From the NCBI GenBank assembly GCA_965242965.1, contig OZ251518.1:5568001-5632000 (forward strand): a DNA stretch of 64,000 nt. The letters are read 5' to 3'. Origin of the DNA: Candidatus Poribacteria bacterium. GTDB lineage: Bacteria > Poribacteria > WGA-4E > WGA-3G. Below, one piece after another: positions 60,803-64,000 of this stretch. The translations under genes and the position numbers were made by a program. Under the pieces are notes generated by a model. The model was not told the origin of the DNA. It searched no databases and saw only the letters and a program-made list of their open reading frames with translations. Every line of letters starts with the position of its first letter. Positions within the stretch are counted from its first letter, which is position 1.

Positions 60803-61750
60803 CGTAGCGCGGGGGCCTGGCCCCCGCGCTTTTTCGTCCTCTCCCGTAGCGCGGGGGCCTGTCCCCGCGAGCGTGCTCATGCCCCGGATCTGTAGTTCGG
60901 GAGCACCCGCTCCCGAACGGATCAAGAGCAGGTGCTCTTGTCCTACAGAGATACACCGCCGCAGAGCTTTCCAAGATGAACGGCATTTGTCTCCTCCAAG
61001 GTCCTTTAGGACCTTAATGTCTATAGTATACGCAGATCGCCAAGTCCTCAAGGTCCTTTAGGACCTTAATGTTTTCCGTATCTGCGGTGCGTGTGCTGCC
61101 TATTAAGGACCTAAAGGACCTTAGTGTTCTTCTCGTCCGGGGTTTCTATAGACATGCAGGTCCTAACGGACCTGAAGAGGTGTCGTTTCACCGTAGGGCG
61201 AGGGCCTGTCCCTCGCCGTGCCTCGATCGGAACGGGAAATGGCCTTGGTCGGCGTGCGATTTTTGCGCAGGTCGAACGATCGCGGGGGACAGGCCCCCGC
61301 GCTACGGTATGCAAGGCCGTCTCCTTTTACCGTAGGGCGAGGGCCTGTCCCTCGCCATGCCTCGATCGAGGAGGGAAACGGCGTTGGTTGGCGTGCGTTT
61401 TTCGCGTAGGTCGAACGATCGCGGGGGACAGGCCCCCGCGCTACGGTATGCAAGGCCGTCTCCGTTTCACCGTAGGGCGAGGGCCTGTCCCTCGCCGTGC
61501 CTCGATCGGAACGGGAAATGGCCTTTGTCGGCGCGGTTTTCGCGCGGGTCGGGCGCTCGCGGGGGACAGGCCCCCGCGCTACGGTGAAACGGAGACGGTC
61601 TCGCGCTTGATCCGTTCGGGATCAGGCGATCCCGAACTACAGTCTCCTGCTCCAATCCTGCTAATCGTGATAATCCTGCAAATCCTGCTCCACTCTGGCC
61701 CCAGACTCTGGGGCACGCGGGAGAAAGCGGAGGACAGGCCCCCGCGCCGG
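60803..61750. repeat. Largest mosaic REP cluster, with three tandem B/A doublets
   Basis: ~140-bp units at 61192-61582 with similar internal sequences; E and D elements. Confidence 0.9.
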
Positions 61751-61918
61751 GGGGTTGGGTTCTGTATGGCAAAAAAAATCTGCTAGCAAAGAAAACAGCA
61801 ATGTGATATACTGATTCATGTCAGGAAACTTCATCGGGTATCTCCTAAAATGTTTTTGGTTCTTCGTGCTAGGATACCCCATCTCCTGACATTTTACAAC
61901 CATTTATGAAACACCCTC
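61745..61918 (-). mobile_element. IS left end with truncated transposase-like N-terminus
   Basis: TIR GAGGGTGTTTCATAA, AGGAG RBS, ATG at 61834 (MKFPDMNQYITLLFSLL..) running into a REP after ~30 codons. Confidence 0.6.
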
Positions 61919-61927
61919 AGGTTATAT

Positions 61928-64000
61928 ATGAAATACGATTTTACCGAGATTGCGCGGCTGCCTGCATCAGGAGATAACGTCGCTATCGCAACGCAGCGGT
62001 TAGAAGCCGGCACCCAGATTCACTACAACGGCGACTCGTTTCGCCTATCGCACACGATTTTAGAGGGGCATCGCTTCGCCATTGAGCCAGTTGCGGCAGA
62101 GGCACCGCTGTTGTCCTGGGGTTTGCCGTTCGGGTTCGCCTCAAGCACGATTGCACCCGGCGATTACGTCTGCAACCAGAAGATGATTCAAGCGTTGACG
62201 ATTCGGAACCTTGATTTCGCGCTGCCTGCAAGTCCCAACTTTCGCGATGTCATCGCACCTTACGCCTTGGATGAGACAAACTTCCGCGCAGGAAATCAGG
62301 TGACGCGTTACGAACACCAACGGACTTTCCGCGGCTATCGGCGGCCAGGGAAGCGCGGTGTCGGCACGCGGAACTACATCGTCGTGATGGGCACAACGGC
62401 GCGCACCGCCAGTTTCGCACGGTGTCTCGCCGATGAATTTGACAGCGTTGCAGATGCTTACCCAAACATTGACGGTATCGTCGCCGTTGCGCACACCGAA
62501 GGCGGCGAGAGTCAAGAACCGAACAATCTGGAGATGCTCCTCCGAACCCTCGCCGGTTTCATGGTGCATCCGAACATCGGCGCGATGCTGCTCGTCGATT
62601 ACGGCACAAGCCCTGTCACGAATGAGATGCTGGCGGACTACATGGCGCGCGAAGGATACGGACCGGACACTGTCCTTCACCACTTCTTTCAGTTGCAGGG
62701 AAGTTTTGACAGGGATTTAGTGCGTGGCACTGAAATTCTTAACGGCTGGCTTGAGAAAGTCAACGCCGTTGAACGGACAGAGCAACCGTTGGAGAATCTC
62801 AAAATTGCGTTGCAATGCGGTGGTTCGGATGCATTTTCGGGGGTGTCTGGCAACCCCCTCGCTGCTTACGTCGCGAAGGAAGTTATCCGTTACGGCGGAT
62901 GTGCCAACCTCGCGGAGACAGATGAACTTATCGGCGCGGAAGCGTATGTGCTGCAGAATATTCGCGATGTGCCGACAGCGCGCAAATTCCTCAAGACAAT
63001 TGCGGATTTCAAGGAACGCGCGGGGTGGCACGGACATTCAGCAGAAGGCAACCCATCGGGCGGCAACAATTTCCGCGGGCTCTATAACATCGCCATCAAA
63101 TCCATCGGCGCGGCGATGAAACGGCACCCTGATGTCTGCCTAGATTATGTCATCAACTACAGCGAGTTGATGAAAAAGCCGGGCTACTATTTCATGGATA
63201 GCCCCGGCAACGATTTGGAGAGCATCGCTGGGCAGGTGGCATCCGGTTCTAACATGATTTTCTTCGTGACAGGCAACGGCTCGATCACTAACTTCCCCTT
63301 CGTGCCGACGATTAAGATTGTGACGACGACGGAACGATACGAGATGTTGTCAAACGATATGGATGTGAACGCCGGCGCATACCTCGATGGCACGCCCATG
63401 GATAAACTGGGGGAGGCGATGCTGAATCTTACCGTAGATGTCGCATCTGGCACGCGCTCCGTGGGCGAAAAAGCAGGGCATTCGCAAGTCTCGCTGTGGC
63501 GCGATTGGAAGCAAACGGGGCCCGCGGATTTGACACCGGCACTGGAAGCATCCGCATTGAAATCGGGTGAGCCGGTCGCGATGGAGAAAGCAGACGATGA
63601 AACTGAACCCATCGGAAAAGAGACGTTCCGCGCCTTCCAAACCGAAGAAGGATACCGAACCGAACAGCTCGGGCTCATCCTGCCGACAAGCCTCTGCTCC
63701 GGACAAATTGCACAGATGATAGCGCATCGTTGCAACAAGAAAGGCATCGGTAAGGAGAAGGGTATCTCCCGGTTTGTGGCACTGCCGCATACTGAAGGAT
63801 GCGGTGTATCCAGCGGCCGTTCAGAGGAAATTTACATCCGCACGATGATAGGGCATCTCACGCATCCGTCTGTTGCGCTCGGTTTACTCTTGGAGCACGG
63901 ATGCGAGAAAACTCACAATGACCAGGTTCGGCACGCCATCCAGCAACTCGGCATCTCACCTGAACGATACGGGTGGGCGAGTGTGCAACTTGATGGCGGT
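61928..64000 (+). CDS. UxaA/GarD family dehydratase (SAF plus catalytic domains), 3'-truncated
   Basis: Translated by hand, absent from the ORF track: GDNVAIA..GHRFA, VGTRNY, HTEG, LQCGGSDAFSG..NP; a second HTEGCG..LEHGCEK segment near the end. Confidence 0.85.
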   Translation, partial: MKYDFTEIARLPASGDNVAIATQRLEAGTQIHYNGDSFRLSHTILEGHRFAIEPVAAEAPLLSWGLPFGFASSTIAPGDYVCNQKMIQALTIRNLDFALPASPNFRDVIAPYALDETNFRAGNQVTRYEHQRTFRGYRRPGKRGVGTRNYIVVMGTTARTASFARCLADEFDSVADAYPNIDGIVAVAHTEGGESQEPNNLEMLLRTLAGFMVHPNIGAMLLVDYGTSPVTNEMLADYMAREGYGPDTVLHHFFQLQGSFDRDLVRGTEILNGWLEKVNAVERTEQPLENLKIALQCGGSDAFSGVSGNPLAAYVAKEVIRYGGCANLAETDELIGAEAYVLQNIRDVPTARKFLKTIADFKERAGWHGHSAEGNPSGGNNFRGLYNIAIKSIGAAMKRHPDVCLDYVINYSELMKKPGYYFMDSPGNDLESIAGQVASGSNMIFFVTGNGSITNFPFVPTIKIVTTTERYEMLSNDMDVNAGAYLDGTPMDKLGEAMLNLTVDVASGTRSVGEKAGHSQVSLWRDWKQTGPADLTPALEASALKSGEPVAMEKADDETEPIGKETFRAFQTEEGYRTEQLGLILPTSLCSGQIAQMIAHRCNKKGIGKEKGISRFVALPHTEGCGVSSGRSEEIYIRTMIGHLTHPSVALGLLLEHGCEKTHNDQVRHAIQQLGISPERYGWASVQLDGG

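Noticed and set aside
61192-61582. Regularly spaced repeats resembling a CRISPR array
   Set aside because: The repeats alternate in orientation and type, the spacers are similar to one another, the same units are dispersed through the window, and there are no cas genes.
542-61786. Many short ORFs with ARGPVPR, RRARACPSP or GDRPPRYG peptides, and repeat-derived N-terminal extensions of metG, PhyH and the antidote gene
   Set aside because: They are translations of the palindromic repeats in several frames, without credible RBSs.

Overview
Bacterial chromosome segment of mostly housekeeping and metabolic genes: aspartokinase, ilvBNC, sodA, metG, rnhC, thiI, nadD-yacG-yqeK-rsfS and a truncated UxaA-like gene. 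It also holds two ECF sigma/anti-sigma modules and many secreted WD40, TPR, LamG, CotH and lamin-tail proteins. Their C-terminal tags (..KLTTTWGSVK, ..LLPNYPNPFNPETWIPYQL) suggest Candidatus Poribacteria, which is inference. Roughly 7-8 kb (my rough sum) is mosaic clusters of several GTAG-anchored palindromic (REP-like) repeat families with covarying stems. Some clusters are bracketed by IS-type terminal inverted repeats that trace to a transposase stub at ~61.8 kb, some lie in 5' UTRs, and one lies in frame inside a TPR protein. Other highlights are a Val-specifier T-box upstream of ilvB and a GNAT-PIN-(EVE/ASCH-like) plus ASCH module frameshifted by a perfect 22-bp tandem duplication. There is also an Rpn nuclease with an internal start for a small antitoxin, a TnpB pseudogene with a structured leader, a tandem pair of novel secreted helical proteins, an HtrA lacking the catalytic His, and a shared ECF promoter motif. 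No rRNA, tRNA or CRISPR array was seen.
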